58,994 nucleotides of DNA, taken from an uncultured Campylobacter sp. Lineage in GTDB: Bacteria > Campylobacterota > Campylobacteria > Campylobacterales > Campylobacteraceae. Within the stretch, counting starts at the first letter, position 1; each line of letters starts with the position of its first letter. A model generated the notes under the pieces. The model was given only the letters and a program-made list of their open reading frames with translations, had not been told where the DNA came from and ran no database searches. The stretch is taken from assembly GCF_937965895.1 (NCBI RefSeq), contig NZ_CALCKS010000178.1, one strand, 5' to 3'. The translations under genes were made by a program, and so were the position numbers. Positions 58,958 through 58,994 of the stretch are shown here, in pieces.

Positions 58958-58993
58958 CTGCAAAACCTGCATGGCTAAAAGCGAAAGCTTAGG
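58958..58993 (-). repeat. Right copy of terminal inverted repeat
   Basis: Reverse complement CCTAAGCTTTCGCTTTTAGCCATGCAGGTTTTGCAG. Confidence 0.9.
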
Positions 58994-58994
58994 A

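Overview
AT-rich ~59 kb accessory/defence island with no housekeeping genes, tRNA/rRNA, integrase or transposase that I can recognise. Gene style suggests Campylobacter-like epsilonproteobacteria (inference). The centre is a type III-A CRISPR-Cas locus: cas6, an HD-less cas10 and csm2-5 on the minus strand, a divergent RT-Cas1 fusion and cas2, and a 40-repeat/39-spacer array. A Csx1-like CARF-HEPN effector and a Csx20-like ring nuclease lie ~10 kb from the csm genes. Around it are three dynamin-like GTPases, DarTG, two DUF262/GmrSD-like genes, McrBC, HNH and PD-(D/E)XK nucleases, two DUF2779-Sir2 modules, three double-AAA ATPase paralogues (two broken), Fic, a deiminase and two WYL regulators. 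The strongest signal not explained by these features is a palindrome RGAC-N7/8-GTCY at ~16 intergenic sites, mostly exactly 11 bp upstream of a -10 hexamer (PafBC-type geometry). It points to an island-wide WYL-activated regulon whose members include stand-alone FtsZ C-terminal-domain-like proteins, a free sigma70 region-4 protein and two small ORFs missing from the ORF track (one ArfA-like). The two window ends form a 36-bp inverted repeat. All family calls are from motif recognition by eye; no database search was run.
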